Assembly: GCA_010093705.1 (NCBI GenBank)
Contig: MU006101.1
Coordinates: 62,001-126,000 of the forward strand
Length of the DNA: 64,000 nt
Reading direction: 5' to 3'
Source of the DNA: Patellaria atrata CBS 101060
Lineage: Eukaryota
In this document: positions 12,240 to 25,306 of the stretch, piece by piece
Layout of the letters: each line of letters starts with the position of its first letter
Numbering within the stretch: position 1 is the first letter of the stretch
Notes under the pieces: generated by a model
The model's database searches: none
Told to the model about the DNA's origin: nothing
The model's input: the letters and a program-made list of their open reading frames with translations, nothing else
Translations under genes and position numbers: made by a program

Positions 12240-12350
12240 TGGCAACATGGCGATGACGTGACTCGAACCGTCGACCTTGCGACCGAATTGGGGATTGACT
12301 AGTTACAAGTGAAATTCCTAGCTATTACCCATGCTACCATTGAGATTTAT
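12240..12350 (-). ncRNA. tRNA-like element or tRNA pseudogene with Pol III B-box
   Basis: Minus strand has AGGTC-GACGG-TTCGAGT-C(A)CGTC-ATCGCCA (variable loop + T-arm), a D-loop-like CTCAATGGTAG, an 11-bp terminal stem and downstream T-runs. A canonical acceptor stem and anticodon arm could not be resolved. Confidence 0.45.
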
Positions 12351-12661
12351 AATTCATTTTGATTAAATATATAGTGTAGGTGTGTATTCCTGAATGGGAT
12401 GTAGGGATCTATGAGCATTTTATACGGTCTACTTCTCACGTGCAGTTGGTCATGATACAGTCTATATTTCCGCATGATCTGTCCAATCTGGGATGATAGC
12501 CTTGTCGTACTGGTTTCTTAAGATGTTCCTTATAAGATTTATGTAAATAACGAACATGCGGATCTATGAACTCAACTATAATATAGCCCTGAACTTCCAT
12601 CGTGACCCTCGACACCGACCTATCAAGAGCACGCTTCTAGTAACTCTCGACCCATTGCTCT

Positions 12662-12750
12662 ACTTTTTGGAATTGATTTTTTTTGGGATTGATGCCTTTT
12701 GGGATGGGCGCTTTTTGGGGTAGATGCTTGTTAGGATTGGGGTTTTTGCT
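12662..12750. repeat. Degenerate ~17-nt tandem repeat (TTTTTGGGATTGATGC-like, ~5 units)
   Basis: Units tttttggaattgat / tttttgggattgatgc / tttttgggatgggcgc / tttttggggtagatgc / ttgttaggattgggg. Confidence 0.55.
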
Positions 12751-14588
12751 CACGGTATGTTTACTGAACTACCCCTATAAGATGTAGATAGCCCCAAGAA
12801 GTTGAAGACTCAATCGATAAGGTCCTAAGAGGACAATCTAAAGCGGAGATGTTCTCATACTTTGAGTAATGACCGTGGCCATACGGAAACTGAAATACTT
12901 TTCTTTTCCTTCATGATCTGACATAAGCTCTATGGCTATATAGAAGTCTAAGATGAGAGTATTCGACGTTGAGCTACAAAGTAACTCGTGCGAATTTCTG
13001 ATACATGTATAGAGTGTACTAAGAACAACATAGCTCTATTAAAAGAAGAACTAACCCGTCGCTGACTCTAATATGAGAATCACTAGCGTCGGTCTTTCAG
13101 TCAACTGTAAAGTTACTTCAAAATAGATATCAGCTACGGTCGTACATAACGCCAAAAACAGAATAAATAGCTTCCAGCCGTACAGACGCTTCAACTACAC
13201 AGAACTGGAGAGTTGTCCATAGTTGAAGTTAACGGCTTGCCGGGGACCGTAAAATAATCGTTCAGCGACCTGAGCTGCTAGCTAAGACAGTAGATGACTT
13301 AATATATATGCTGTAGAGGTGAGTTTGTCTCACGGTTTTCTGATCTGAATATGAGATGGGCATGTGTGCAAAGTGTTGGTAGCAATAGACCTTAAGGGGT
13401 AGGCAAACCGGAATGGGTCATTGGGAGTTTGACTCATCACTTGCATGGGTAGAAGGAGGTTTAGAATGTCTGAACAAAATATATATCACAAGATGGATTG
13501 TATTCGTATGAACAGCTGCTGCCTTTAAGACATGTCGTTGAAGGCTTAGGTAGATAGACGAGAGGGTGTGATGCGGAGTCCCTGTCGTCCAGTGCCTTGC
13601 TCAGGGACCAGGAGGACCGAGCTTCTGTCATCGCAGGAATTTCGTGTTCGGACATTTGACAAATATGAAGGGAAGCAGTACAGATATAGAGGCGAGTATT
13701 AACCGATTGTGATTATGGAGTTGCTCTTTGGAATGATATATTTCAGGAAGAAAAAGCATTTTCGTAAATCTGGGGTTAGTTAACTCCAGTAGAATGTATA
13801 TCTACAGTAGATACAGTAATAGGCAACTCTTGTAGGGCTAGTGTTACCGCGAGAGCCGAGTTGACCCTGATCTGCTGGGCAGCCTGTGGGTATTGTAGAA
13901 CATGTTATTTCGATCTTGTGCGTGTACTCTGTTGTTAAAAGCGCTTTTATGTTCACGCTCCACTTCCTAACCCTAAGGTCATCAATGTGACCCCAGACTT
14001 TTATCGCAGCATCTCCGCTCAGTAGGATCTTGGATCTTGGATATCTCCGCCCACACCTGCGCCTGCATCGTGCTAACCCGACTTACCCATCGTCACCGGG
14101 TCTCGTTCCTTCTTCCTCTAATCCACCTTCGATAATATCGGGAGAGGAGGCTGCTCCATCTCAGCCCAGGAACCTTCATCATTCCACCTTCAAATCCAAG
14201 GAGGCCGGCTAACATTCCCCTCCATACTCTGACATCCTCAGGCCGCCGCGACGAAGCTGAACATTCGCTACTCGAATCCAGCGAGAAACGGGGAAACCGC
14301 CGTTCCTCTTTCGATTCCGCTTCCGGTGATTCAGAATTCTCCCTCTGGAGTGATACTGGGGATATCGTAGATCAGCTTGCTGATCAGGAGGACCCGCTTC
14401 GGATTAGGCTCCGGGAGTCCCTTGAGCAGAACAAAGGGTCTACAAAACATAGGAAACGCGTTCGGTATCAGTCTCAAGAGAGGGGGACAGAAAAAGAAAG
14501 AAACAGTGGGATTCGGATAGAAGATATTGTGATCCCTAATCCCGCGCCTCGGACTCTCTCCTACGGGCACAAATTACTTGCGTCTATC

Positions 14589-16515
14589 ATGGCTCCCAAT
14601 GATGGGCCCTCTCGGATCCATGGCCTCCACGGCAAGAAGTTAATGTGATTGATACCGATCTTTCTCCAAATTGAATTTAGACTGATGTGTCTTTAGTTAT
14701 TTTACTAGCGTTTTTGTATCATTAGGCGTCTTCCTCTTCGGATATGATCAGGGAGTCATGTCGGGTATTATCACGTATGTTCTAGCACTCCCAACTGATC
14801 AGGGGAAAAAACTCACCATGGCATATGTAGTGGGTCATACTTCAAAGATTACTTCAATCAACCTACGCGCGCCGAGTTGGGAACAATGGTCGCTATTCTC
14901 GAGGTTGGAGCGTTTATATCCTCATTATGCGTTGGCCGGATAGGAGATATCATCGGCCGTAGAAAGACTATCCTATACGGATCGATGATCTTCCTTGTTG
15001 GTGGTGCTCTTCAAACCGTTGCTACCGGAATGCCAATGATGCTTCTTGGTAGGATTATCGCCGGTCTTGGTGTTGGTGCTCTCTCGACCATAGTACCGGT
15101 ATATCAATCCGAGATATCGCCTCCTCACAATCGAGGTCGGCTTGCTTGCATTGAATTCACGGGGAATATTTGCGGTTACGCCGCAAGTGTCTGGGTAGAC
15201 TATTTCTCTAGTTTCATCCAGAATGACTGGGCTTGGAGAGTGCCCTTACTTATGCAATGCGTAATGGGTGCTCTATTAGGTCTTGGAAGCTTGTTGATTT
15301 GTGAATCCCCAAGGTACTTGACTCTCATAACAAAGACCAATACATACATACTAACAACTTCAGGTGGCTTCTGGATAATGATCATGACGAAGAAGGGATT
15401 GTTGTCATTGCTAACCTCTATGGGAAAGGTGATATTCATAATCCTAAGGCTCGTGATGAGTACAGAGAAATCAAGATGAACGTCTTGTTGCAGCGCCAAG
15501 AGGGAGAAAGATCATATAGTGACATGTTTAGGCGATACTACAAGCGGGTCTTCATTGCTATGTCCGCACAAGCTCTGGCCCAATTGAACGGTATCAACGT
15601 TATCTCCTACTACGCTCCTTTGGTCTTCGAATCTGCTGGATGGCATGGCCGCGACGCTATTCTTATGACTGGTATAAATGCCATAACGTATCTCCTCTCT
15701 ACGATCCCTCCATGGTACGTTGTAGACACTCTAGGACGAAGGCCGATTCTTCTTTCTGGAGCAGTAGCTATGATCATTTCATTATCGGCTATATCATACT
15801 TCATCCACATTGACGTATCTTGGACTCCCCGAATGGTAGTGTTATTTGTCATTATTTATAACGCTTCGTTTGGTGCTTCTTGGGGCCCTATCCCTTGGTT
15901 GTATCCTCCTGAAATTCTACCACTAAGTATTAGGGCTAAAGGTGCTAGTCTTAGCACAGCCGCCAACTGGGCATTTAACTGGCTAGTGGGTGAAGTGACT
16001 CCCGTACTGCAAGAATGGATCACATGGCGACTATATCTCCTGCACGCGTTCTTTTGTGCTGTTAGTTTCGTCGTTGGTGAGTAGCTCTATAATCTCCATA
16101 AATGTACCATCACTGACTCTTGCTACTAGTTTACTTTATGTACCCAGAAACTGCCAACGTTCGTTTGGAAGATATGAACTCGATATTCGGAGATGCCACT
16201 TCGGTTATGCCAACGCCTGCTACCCTTGCTGAAGCTGAGTCCTTATTTAGCGGTCACGGTATGGGATCACCAGTCCCCTCATTGGACATCAGACAACAAG
16301 GGAATCGTCACGGTGCTGAGAGCGCAATTCCCGGACTGGACATTGACCCACCTGCTATGGAGTCAAGAGAGAGCCGACCATCTCTACCCAGACTAAAATC
16401 TAGCGATGCCACTGAAGGCGTGGGAGGATGGATCTCAAAGATGGTGAAAAGAGGGAAGGGAGACGGCGACAGTTCAAGCGGGAACTATAAACGTCTAGGT
16501 CAAGACGAAGAGTAG
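14589..16515 (+). CDS. MFS sugar porter family transporter, 5 exons
   Basis: GVFLFGYDQGVMSG, GDIIGRR, GRIIAGLGVG, PVYQSEISPPHNRG, ESPR, QLNGINVISYY, DTLGRR, WGPIPWLYPPEILP, YPET motifs. Confidence 0.95.
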
Positions 16516-16955
16516 ACGTCCCAATGAACGTAAGACCTTTGTGTATATAGATCGAGGAAGATAGAAGACCGATCTATACGGCTTTTAATACTCGGGAATG
16601 GCATGATAATCATAGAATGGCGTTTCGTTTGGATGATTGAGGTCGACCTCAATTTTTTAGATACCTATACTAAGCTATTACCGTACTTGACAATTTGTAC
16701 AGTACCTATAATTTTGAAGATTAGATTCCTTCGCTGTGTAACTTATTGATACGATAATATCGTCTGCAAGTCCTATACTGTCTGAACATGATGCTTAACA
16801 ATCCTGACGTAACATTTTATATTTGACGAACTAAAGTCGCTGTGATGCGGCAGCGTTTAGTAGAATATAAATTTGTAAATTACAGGCTCTAATATGACCT
16901 TCTAAAGTATCCGCTGGTATAAGAGCTACCTTAGATTGTGGGTGACCCCTGATAA

Positions 16956-16989
16956 TACCGCGGCTAGCAGGCGGCGGTTACCGCGGCTA
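16956..16989. promoter_or_regulatory. Direct repeat TACCGCGGCTA x2 upstream of pmt2
   Basis: Exact 11-mer at 16956-16966 and 16979-16989. ACCGCGGCTA recurs at 21918-21927 upstream of the CDC50 gene. Confidence 0.4.
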
Positions 16990-17413
16990 AGATACGATTC
17001 TATACGAGATTACTGCCACCGCCTTCCAGCGAACACGGTGTTTTCCAGGAGAGAGGCTACCCTTGCGTACGATTGCCCAGCGAAGATCCTAGCCCCAATT
17101 AACATTTCTATTCTCAGCTCAGGGCACCTCCTTTGATGAATCTTTTCCCCTACCAACAGTGTCCCTCACATTCTGCCAGAAAGAGGGGAGTATTGGGTGC
17201 GCCCTTACAATTTTCTACTTCACTGATGAGGTTGACAACCTCTTAGACACGTTGTAATACTCTTCTTAATTTTTCTTTCGTTGTTCCCGCGTTCAGGGAC
17301 ACGCTATTTACGAGACCCCTTCTTCTGAACTGCCCGGTTCAACCTTTTACTCGCTCCCCCTTTTCGGAGCATTATTCATCGAATTATCTCTTGTAATCGA
17401 TAGACAGTTCATC

Positions 17414-19885
17414 ATGGGGACGAACACGCAGCAGCGCCCTGCATCTGGTGTTGCTACTGGTGCCCAGCAACAAGCCGAGCAATTGCGGAGGAGAATTGTA
17501 CAAGACTCGACAGCAGATGGACAGAAGCCGCTCATACAACCTGAGGAGAAGGAGAAGATAAAACAAAAGGTATTTCCACTTTTTGCGGATTTACGGCCTC
17601 TGTCTCAACAATTTGCTGATTTACTGCCTTGAGCATTCTAGAGCCAAAGCTTCTTGGATATCTTAGATGAGTGGGAATGGCTCATTGCGCCTTTGATCTT
17701 TACCGCACTGTCGTTCTTCACGCGCATGTGGAAGATCGGCCTCTCCCCGATCGTGACGTGGGATGAAGCGCAGTATGTGGTTATCCAGGCCTCGTATCAG
17801 TTCTGAGAGCTTACCTATCCATCATAGTTTCGGTAAATTCGGTTCTCACTATCTCAAACGCGAATTCTACTTCGATGTCCACCCTCCTCTTGGAAAGATG
17901 CTTGTCGGTCTCTCAGGATATCTTGGTGGTTACAATGGTTCCTTCGAATTCAAGTCTGGCGAGACCTATCCCCCAGAAGTCAACTACACCTTCATGAGGG
18001 TTTTCAACGCTACTTTCGGCGCACTATGCGTCCCTGTGGCGTATTGGACGGCTAAGGAATTGAACTTCAGGAGACCCACAGTTTGGCTTGTGACCATGAT
18101 GGTTCTTTTCGAGAACTCGTACACGACGATTAGTAGATTTATCCTTCTTGATTCTATGCTTCTCTTCTTCACACTCACGACGGTGCTCTGCTGGGCCAAA
18201 TTCCATCAGTTACAAAAGGATCCGTTCTCACCTGAATGGGGTCTTTGGCTCATGCTTACAGGCGTATCGATTGGGTGCGTCTGCAGTGTCAAGTGGGTTG
18301 GGCTCTTCTGCACTGCTCTTGTCGGATTGTACACGGTTGAGGACTTGTGGAACAAGTTTGGTGACTTGAGAATGCCAAAGGTACGAGCGCGACCTATGGT
18401 ACTTTAATAGGTTGCTAACAACGCTATAGGTGGAGCTAGCTACACATGTTGGTTTCCGTATCTTTGGCTTGATTGTGATTCCCATGATTGTGTACATGTT
18501 TTCCTTCTGGATGCATTTCCTTATCCTTGAAAACAGTGGACCTGGTGATGCGCAAATGAGTTCCCTCTTCCAAGCTAACCTTCGCGGAACGGAAGTCGGA
18601 AAGAACAGCCCCCTTGAGGTCGCTATCGGGTCTCGGGCCACCCTGAAGAATATGGGTTACGGAGGAGGACTTTTGCACTCTCACGTTCAAACATACCCCG
18701 AAGGATCTGGTCAGCAACAAGTTACTTGTTATCACCATAAGGATGCGAACAATGACTGGTTCCTCTATCCTAATCGTAGTCAACCTGACTTCAACCCCGA
18801 GGATCCTCTTACATTCCCTGGAAATGGGGATGTCATTCGTCTGATCCACGCTCAAACCGGCCGAAACCTCCACTCTCATCAAGTCGGAGCTCCTGTAACC
18901 AAAGCCGATTATGAGGTGTCTTCCTATGGTAATACTACTGTTGGCGATGCTAAGGATCACTGGACCATCGAAGTTGTTCGTGATGCGGCATCCCGCGACT
19001 ACTCGAAGATTCGTACCTTGACTACCGCTTTCAGACTTAAACACACCGAACTTGGCTGCTATCTCCGCGCCGGAAACACTAATTTGCCTCAATGGGGTTT
19101 CAAGCAAATCGAAGTTACTTGTACCAAGAAGAACCAACCTCGAGACGTCTACACGCACTGGAATATCGAGAGTCACTGGAATGAGAAGCGTAAGTATACA
19201 TAATATATTCTTAGATAAATTCTGTCTAACAAGTACAATAGTCCCTCCGGGTGATCCAGGCTCCTATAAGTCCCCTTTCTTGCGCGACTTCATCCACCTG
19301 AACGTCGCCATGATGACCTCCAACAACGCCCTTGTTCCCGACCCAGACAAGCAAGACGATCTCGCTTCGCAGTTCTGGCAATGGCCCCTCCTCCACGTCG
19401 GCTTGCGCATGTGTAGCTGGGATGATGCCATCACCAAGTACTTCCTGCTCGGCAACCCATTCGTATATTGGGCGTCCACAGCCTCACTCGGCATCTTTGC
19501 CCTCATGTTCGTCTGGTATCTCATCCGCTGGCAACGTGGCTACAACGAGCTCAAACCGGCCGATATCGACTTCTTCCACTACTCAGGTCTCTATCCCGTC
19601 GTTGGCTGGTTTTTGCACTATTTCCCCTTCATTGCCATGGCTAGAGTCACGTATGTGCATCATTATTACCCGGCGCTTTATTTTGCGATCTTGACGTTTG
19701 GGTTTTGTACGGACTGGGCCACTGGGAAGCTGCCGAAGCAGGTGCAGTGGGGTGTCTATGGAGTGCTTTATGCAGTGATCTTTGGGCTCTTTTGGATGTT
19801 TAGGGCTATTTGCTTCGGTATGCAAGGCAGCCATACGCAGTGGAAGCACCTGAAGTGGTTGTCGACATGGCGGATGACGGATTAA
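17414..19885 (+). CDS. pmt2: Dolichyl-phosphate-mannose:protein O-mannosyltransferase, PMT2 subfamily
   Basis: [68 protein letters not shown] domains ([17 protein letters not shown]), [16 protein letters not shown]. Confidence 0.95.
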
Positions 19886-21289
19886 AACGGCGACACCTCA
19901 GGGTGTTCTCAAAATGGGCCCGGTGCTACATCGAGCTGAGGCACATAACTTAGCATTCGAGGATCACGCGAAGGCTGGATTTGGGATTGTAGTAGGGGAC
20001 ATTAAACCTCGGGGATGAAAAAGTGAATTGTATCATTTCAGGTCTCTTTTTAGGGATTGGGGTGCATAGGACGGTTGGGCGAGAAGGGAATGGTATTGCG
20101 GTTTTATTCGTCTTTACCTATTTCCTTCGGTTCTCTTTTTTTTTTTTGTTTGTCGAAATGATCATTTGGGGCTTTTTTTCTTTGTTCTTTGTCAAATATC
20201 ATTAGTGGATCTAGAGCGCTTTGGGCTGTAGAGGTAATGTCTGGAAATGAAAATTCTCGACTCCTTTATCCTCTGCTTTGTGTGATGTGTGATGCCTGAC
20301 TGTGATCGTGGTGAGGGGGTTGATGCGGGTAGGCGTAGGGTTGTGAATTGAGCTGTGGGCGGCATGATGTGTTGGACGGATGCTGGAGAGGAATTGTAGC
20401 GTTGATGGGAGAAAGGGGGATCTATTGCTGCTTAGGGGTTGGAGTGTCTTCACCAAGATAGATATATCACTTGTGTGTACGGGTCAGATTAAGATCATCA
20501 CTCTTTATTTACGTACCTTCCTTTCCTGCTAGCTTTCTGTAGATGGGTCCGAGTGTAAGGTAGTCCGCCATGAGGTTACTAGCGCATATATGATAGTGTA
20601 GGCATTCCGGGAGGAAGTGTTAAGGGGTGTTGGTAGAGATCGGACGAATGGTTTGTGGATATAGGAGAAGAGTGAGCACTCCAAAACCTTAAGCATGCCA
20701 TAAGCCACCATATTCATGGACGTAGACTAGGGATAGCTATACGCTCGGAGTTCCGTTAGAAGAGAGAGAGAGTGGGGCCCGTAAAGTATAAAGTGAGATA
20801 GTCCGTATCGGAGCTTACTAGTTCATGATTTTATCAGATTTAATGTGGTCAAGTGATGAGATTGAGATTGAGGCTGAGGCTACGTTGATAGTTTTTGATA
20901 TTGAGCCTACAATAGCTTAGATCATAATCGGATTCTGGATCGGAGACACCCTACGAGTTGACGACTTGGGTAGAGAAAGTAGAGGAAAGGGGAGCACTGG
21001 CTGTACTACTAGCGAGTCAAGGAGCAATTGGCCCGACTTTAGAATAAAGGTAGGTATTTTGTTTAGTACTGGACTGGTGAATAACGCTATGTGAAGGTGG
21101 GGATGAGGAACTGTCTTGCTAAATGGAGAAGATAGTAAAGGACTGAAACGTGTATTCTGGCCGATATATTTACTTTAACGAGTAGGATATTGATGGGCAA
21201 GACTTCAATTTCTAGCATGTGATCGGTCGAGACCAAATGGTGGCGGATATGTAGTTCTTTCAGAAGTTGCAATCAAGCTCGCTAGAGTA

Positions 21290-21689
21290 TCATAGCTAAA
21301 CTGCTTGCATTAGTAGGAAGTGGGGATGCCCCAGTAATTCAAGGGGACTCAAATGCTGGATGTCGAACCGGATTGTGGCGAAATCTAGAGATCACGAAAG
21401 AGTTCAGATTGATGAAAGCAGATTGACGCTATTAAGAATGACGTAGAATGTACTGCTCCTTGGGAATTCTGAAGATGAATGCGGAGAGTAATGGGAGATA
21501 TTCCTCGGAGAGATTGAGGACGAGCAGCTATTGGAAGAGACGAAAATTGAGCAGATGCTCCGTGGGGAGAACAAATGCATGGGAAAGTCTAGTTCTTGTG
21601 TATGGCTTATAGAAGACTTTTGGAGAACAAAGAATGACATCGGCCCCTATAGTCGGTATAATACTAGATCTCGCAGTCTTCGAAGGTAA
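21290..21689 (+). pseudogene. Possible decayed ORF relic
   Basis: Protein-like frame VQIDESRLTLLRMT*NVLLLGNSEDECGE*WEIFLGEIEDEQLLEETKIEQMLRG..RYNTRSRSLRR* with stops TAG 21444 and TAA 21489. Confidence 0.3.
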
Positions 21690-22088
21690 GACAATATAAG
21701 ATCATGCACGCTGCTACATAGCGCCACAGGTTCTATGTATGGCAATTGCCATCGTATGTTGTCTTACTTACGTACGTAAGGTGGGTCAGTAAAAACCAAT
21801 TCAGAAGAGAAGAGACTCAGGAGGTTGAGAGGTGGTTTGGGATAAGGTAAGGTAGTCGTTGAAGGGTGTGGCTTGCTTGCATTGCTGGCGGTGCAGAGCG
21901 TCTCCCTCACCAGCCACACCGCGGCTAAATTTGGCAATGACCCTGGGACGAAAGCGCAGGAGCTGACATGAGCGGCTCACGGCGGGATTCGCTCGCCGCA
22001 ACGTCTATCCAAACTTTCAACCTCCTTTCGAAAACGCGACAACATTTCGGTATAGGCGGATGTAAAATATCACACCCGAGCAGACATT

Positions 22089-23642
22089 ATGTCGCAAACC
22101 CAAGCAATGGAGCATGCAGACTCAATACGATCACAGGATCCGCACAATCAAGAGGAGGAGAAGAAGACGAAGAGCAGAAGACCGGCGAGTATGACTCTCC
22201 AAATCCTCAGTTTCTTCGATAGCTGGGACCTAACTTTCGATCTATAGATACTGCGTTCCGGCAACAGCGATTAAAAGCCTGGCAGTATGTCCATTCGAGC
22301 CTCTACGATTTTCAGACCGATGAAACGCCAGCTAACAGCACGCACGTAGGCCGATTCTCACGCCCAAAACCGTCCTCCCTCTTTTCTTTATTGTCGGAAT
22401 CATATTTGCACCCATCGGAGGATTGTTAATTTGGGCGAGTTCTCAGGTTTGTGAATATAAGGCCTTGGAGAATTTTACGGATACTAAATCATTCGGTTCT
22501 GTATAGGTAGAGGAGATTTCGATTGACTACTCGGATTGCCATAAACTTGAGGCCAATGGCACCGCTGAAGATATACCTGGGAGTAAAGTGGATAGTTACT
22601 TCAAGAAGTCGAATTATACTGGAGGGATAGCTCCTACATGGCAACGAAACGAGTCATTTGAATTGGTGGACTCTGGCGCAAGAATATGGACAAATACCTG
22701 CACTCTCATGTTCGACATCCCTAACGACATCGGGCCGCCTGTTTTGTTCTATTACCGCCTTACGAATTTCTACCAGAATCACCGTCGCTATGTGAAATCT
22801 GTGGATCCCGACCAGATGATGGGAAAACACAGGAGTAACGACTCTATCCGATCCAGCGACTGTGATCCGCTTCGAGTGGATGATGAGTCCGGAAAGGCAT
22901 ACTATCCCTGCGGTCTTATTGCGAACTCCATGTTCAACGATACTTTTGGGCCTACTTTAGTTAAGCAAAATGACGACGAATCATACACAATGATAAACAA
23001 GGGAATCGCTTGGGACAGTGATAGAGAATTGTTCAAGAAAACGGAATATACCATTCATGATGTTGTACCACCACCGAATTGGAGAGACCGATATCCCGGA
23101 GGTGTGTACTCAGAGGAGCACCCAATCCCGAATCTACACGAAAACGAGCCGTTTCAGGTTTGGATGAGAACAGCCGGGTTGCCAACGTTTTCAAAGCTCG
23201 CGATGAGAAACAATTCACATTCTATGACGGCTGGAAGATACAGATTGGTCATTCGAGACTGTAAGTCCTGAAACAGCCGCATCGAGCAGTCCATATCAGT
23301 TAACATAACGCAGATTTCCCAGTTACGGAGTATGGCGGAACAAAGTCAATCTTTATCTCCACGCGCACAGTCATGGGTGGAAAGAACCCGTCCCTTGGGA
23401 TCGCCTATGTTGTTGTGGGTGGTTTCTGCGTACTGATGGGTGCAGTATTTACTGCAACTCATCTAATCAAGCCAAGGTAAGCATACAATGAGATTTCTCA
23501 TACTATAGACAGCTTTTCTCTCGAGTGGGCGCTTATAATCGCTTCTAGGAAACTTGGAGATCACACTTATCTAACGTGGAACACCGACCAACCAACCACT
23601 GCTACCACAACCGGTAGAGCAGCGAGACCGGGTGAAGCGTAG
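22089..23642 (+). CDS. cdc50: CDC50/LEM3 family phospholipid flippase beta subunit
   Basis: KSRRPA(N)[91 protein letters not shown]. Confidence 0.95.
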
Positions 23643-24412
23643 GGTTAAGATTTTCTTTGGCACTGTATTTTCTCTCGATATTTCTTTCTTCATCTTTCCT
23701 TTTTTGTATACTGGCGATTGGGAATCTGGGTTGTATGGGGGAACTGAATCATTGCACTCTGGAGTTCTCGGAAATTGACGCTATTATGGAATAACTCTTC
23801 ATGTTCAGATCTTCTTCTACAGTCCAACACTATTGTTCTAGTGCAAGCGCACGCGAAATGGGTCCAGATACTAATGGGACATTTGTAGACTTCTTGTAGG
23901 GACTAGATTTGATGAAGAATCATAATGGTAAGTTCGTTTTTCTTTCATATGAGGTCAACTTCTCTCGTATTGCTGCCCGTTTGCATCAGAGACAGTTAGC
24001 GCCGCGATGGGTCTGGAGGTACGCCACGACAATCATGGACATTTGTATACTTTCCCATCATTTTCACGTTTTACCCATCACCATGATGAAGATGCTCTTC
24101 TTGCGCTGGAATCCAGACCGTCTCAGGGGAAAGCATAAATTCTCACATGCTCCCCTGGGACCAATTAACATTTCCTCGGAATATCACTGGCGACACAACT
24201 ACAAGATTGTAAACAGACTGTCATACTCAAGAAACGTTTCATACGAAGATATATCTCGTCTCTCGGCTTTTACCCCTTTTCGTCTGAGGGTAATCCAAGT
24301 GCCGCAACATCGGGACCACTTGATACACATTCCAAGAAACCTTTAACGATTGCCCTCCAATCTCCGAAGCGCTTTCTGATACTAAATATATCCATCCATT
24401 CTCATCGACGTC

Positions 24413-25306
24413 ATGTATAACCCCATACCCTTCCTCGCGTCCGCGCTCCTACTCTTCACTCTCACTGTCTTAGCAGGGGAAGCATTCAAGCACTTCGACT
24501 GCGGCACCACCGCCGACAGCGCAACAAAAGACTTCATGAAGTCCCTCTCACACCTAGAATCGCGCTCCAACATGCCCGGCCCCGCCGCCGCCGCCGGCTC
24601 CGCCATGCGTCGGAACACCGCAGCCAAGATCACAGTAGAGACCTACTTCCACATCATCACCTCCTCGCCTAAAGAAGGCCAAATCAAACCCGAGATGGCG
24701 CAATCCCAGCTCGACGCCCTGAACGCGGCTTACAGCCCCTTCGGCATAACCTTCGACCTGCACGAGACCTCCTGGACCGTCAACGACGCCTGGGCCATCG
24801 GCGCCGACGCCGACGACGAAGACATGAAGCGCACGCTCCGCTCTGGCTCCTACGGCGCCCTGAACATCTACTTCCAGACCGACCTCGTCGGGAATGTGCT
24901 GGGGAAGTGCACTTTGCCGTCGACGGTCGGCGAGGCGGGCGCGGACGTGTATTTCAGCGACGGGTGCAATGTCCAGGCGAACACGATGCCGAATGGGACC
25001 GTGCTGGGGTATAATCTGGGCAAGACGGCGGTGCACGAGACGGGCCATTGGCTCGGCCTGCTGCATACGTTCGAGGGCTACAGCTGCGATGGCGATGGGG
25101 ATTTCATCTCTGATACGCCGTTTCAGCGCGTCAGTACCGATGGGTGTCCGACGAAGCCAGTTAAGGATACTTGTGTTGATTTGCCGGGTGAGGATCCGAT
25201 TCACAATTTCATGGATTATAGCACCGATGCGTGTTATGAGGGTTTCTCGGAGGGGCAGAGGGTCAGGATTAGGGATATGTGGGGTATGTATCGGGATGGG
25301 AAGTAG
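24413..25306 (+). CDS. Secreted extracellular metalloprotease, family M43 (MEP1/pappalysin-like)
   Basis: Signal peptide, CGT cysteine switch, HETGHWLGLLHTF zinc motif, DFISDTP, NFMDYS Met-turn; intronless. Confidence 0.93.
   Translation: MYNPIPFLASALLLFTLTVLAGEAFKHFDCGTTADSATKDFMKSLSHLESRSNMPGPAAAAGSAMRRNTAAKITVETYFHIITSSPKEGQIKPEMAQSQLDALNAAYSPFGITFDLHETSWTVNDAWAIGADADDEDMKRTLRSGSYGALNIYFQTDLVGNVLGKCTLPSTVGEAGADVYFSDGCNVQANTMPNGTVLGYNLGKTAVHETGHWLGLLHTFEGYSCDGDGDFISDTPFQRVSTDGCPTKPVKDTCVDLPGEDPIHNFMDYSTDACYEGFSEGQRVRIRDMWGMYRDGK

Noticed and set aside
12300..12320. TCA triplet as a tRNA-Sec anticodon
   Set aside because: No 7-nt anticodon loop or Sec-type fold, and Sec machinery is not known in Ascomycota.
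18436..19176. 246-aa antisense ORF in pmt2
   Set aside because: Shadow of a codon-biased CDS.
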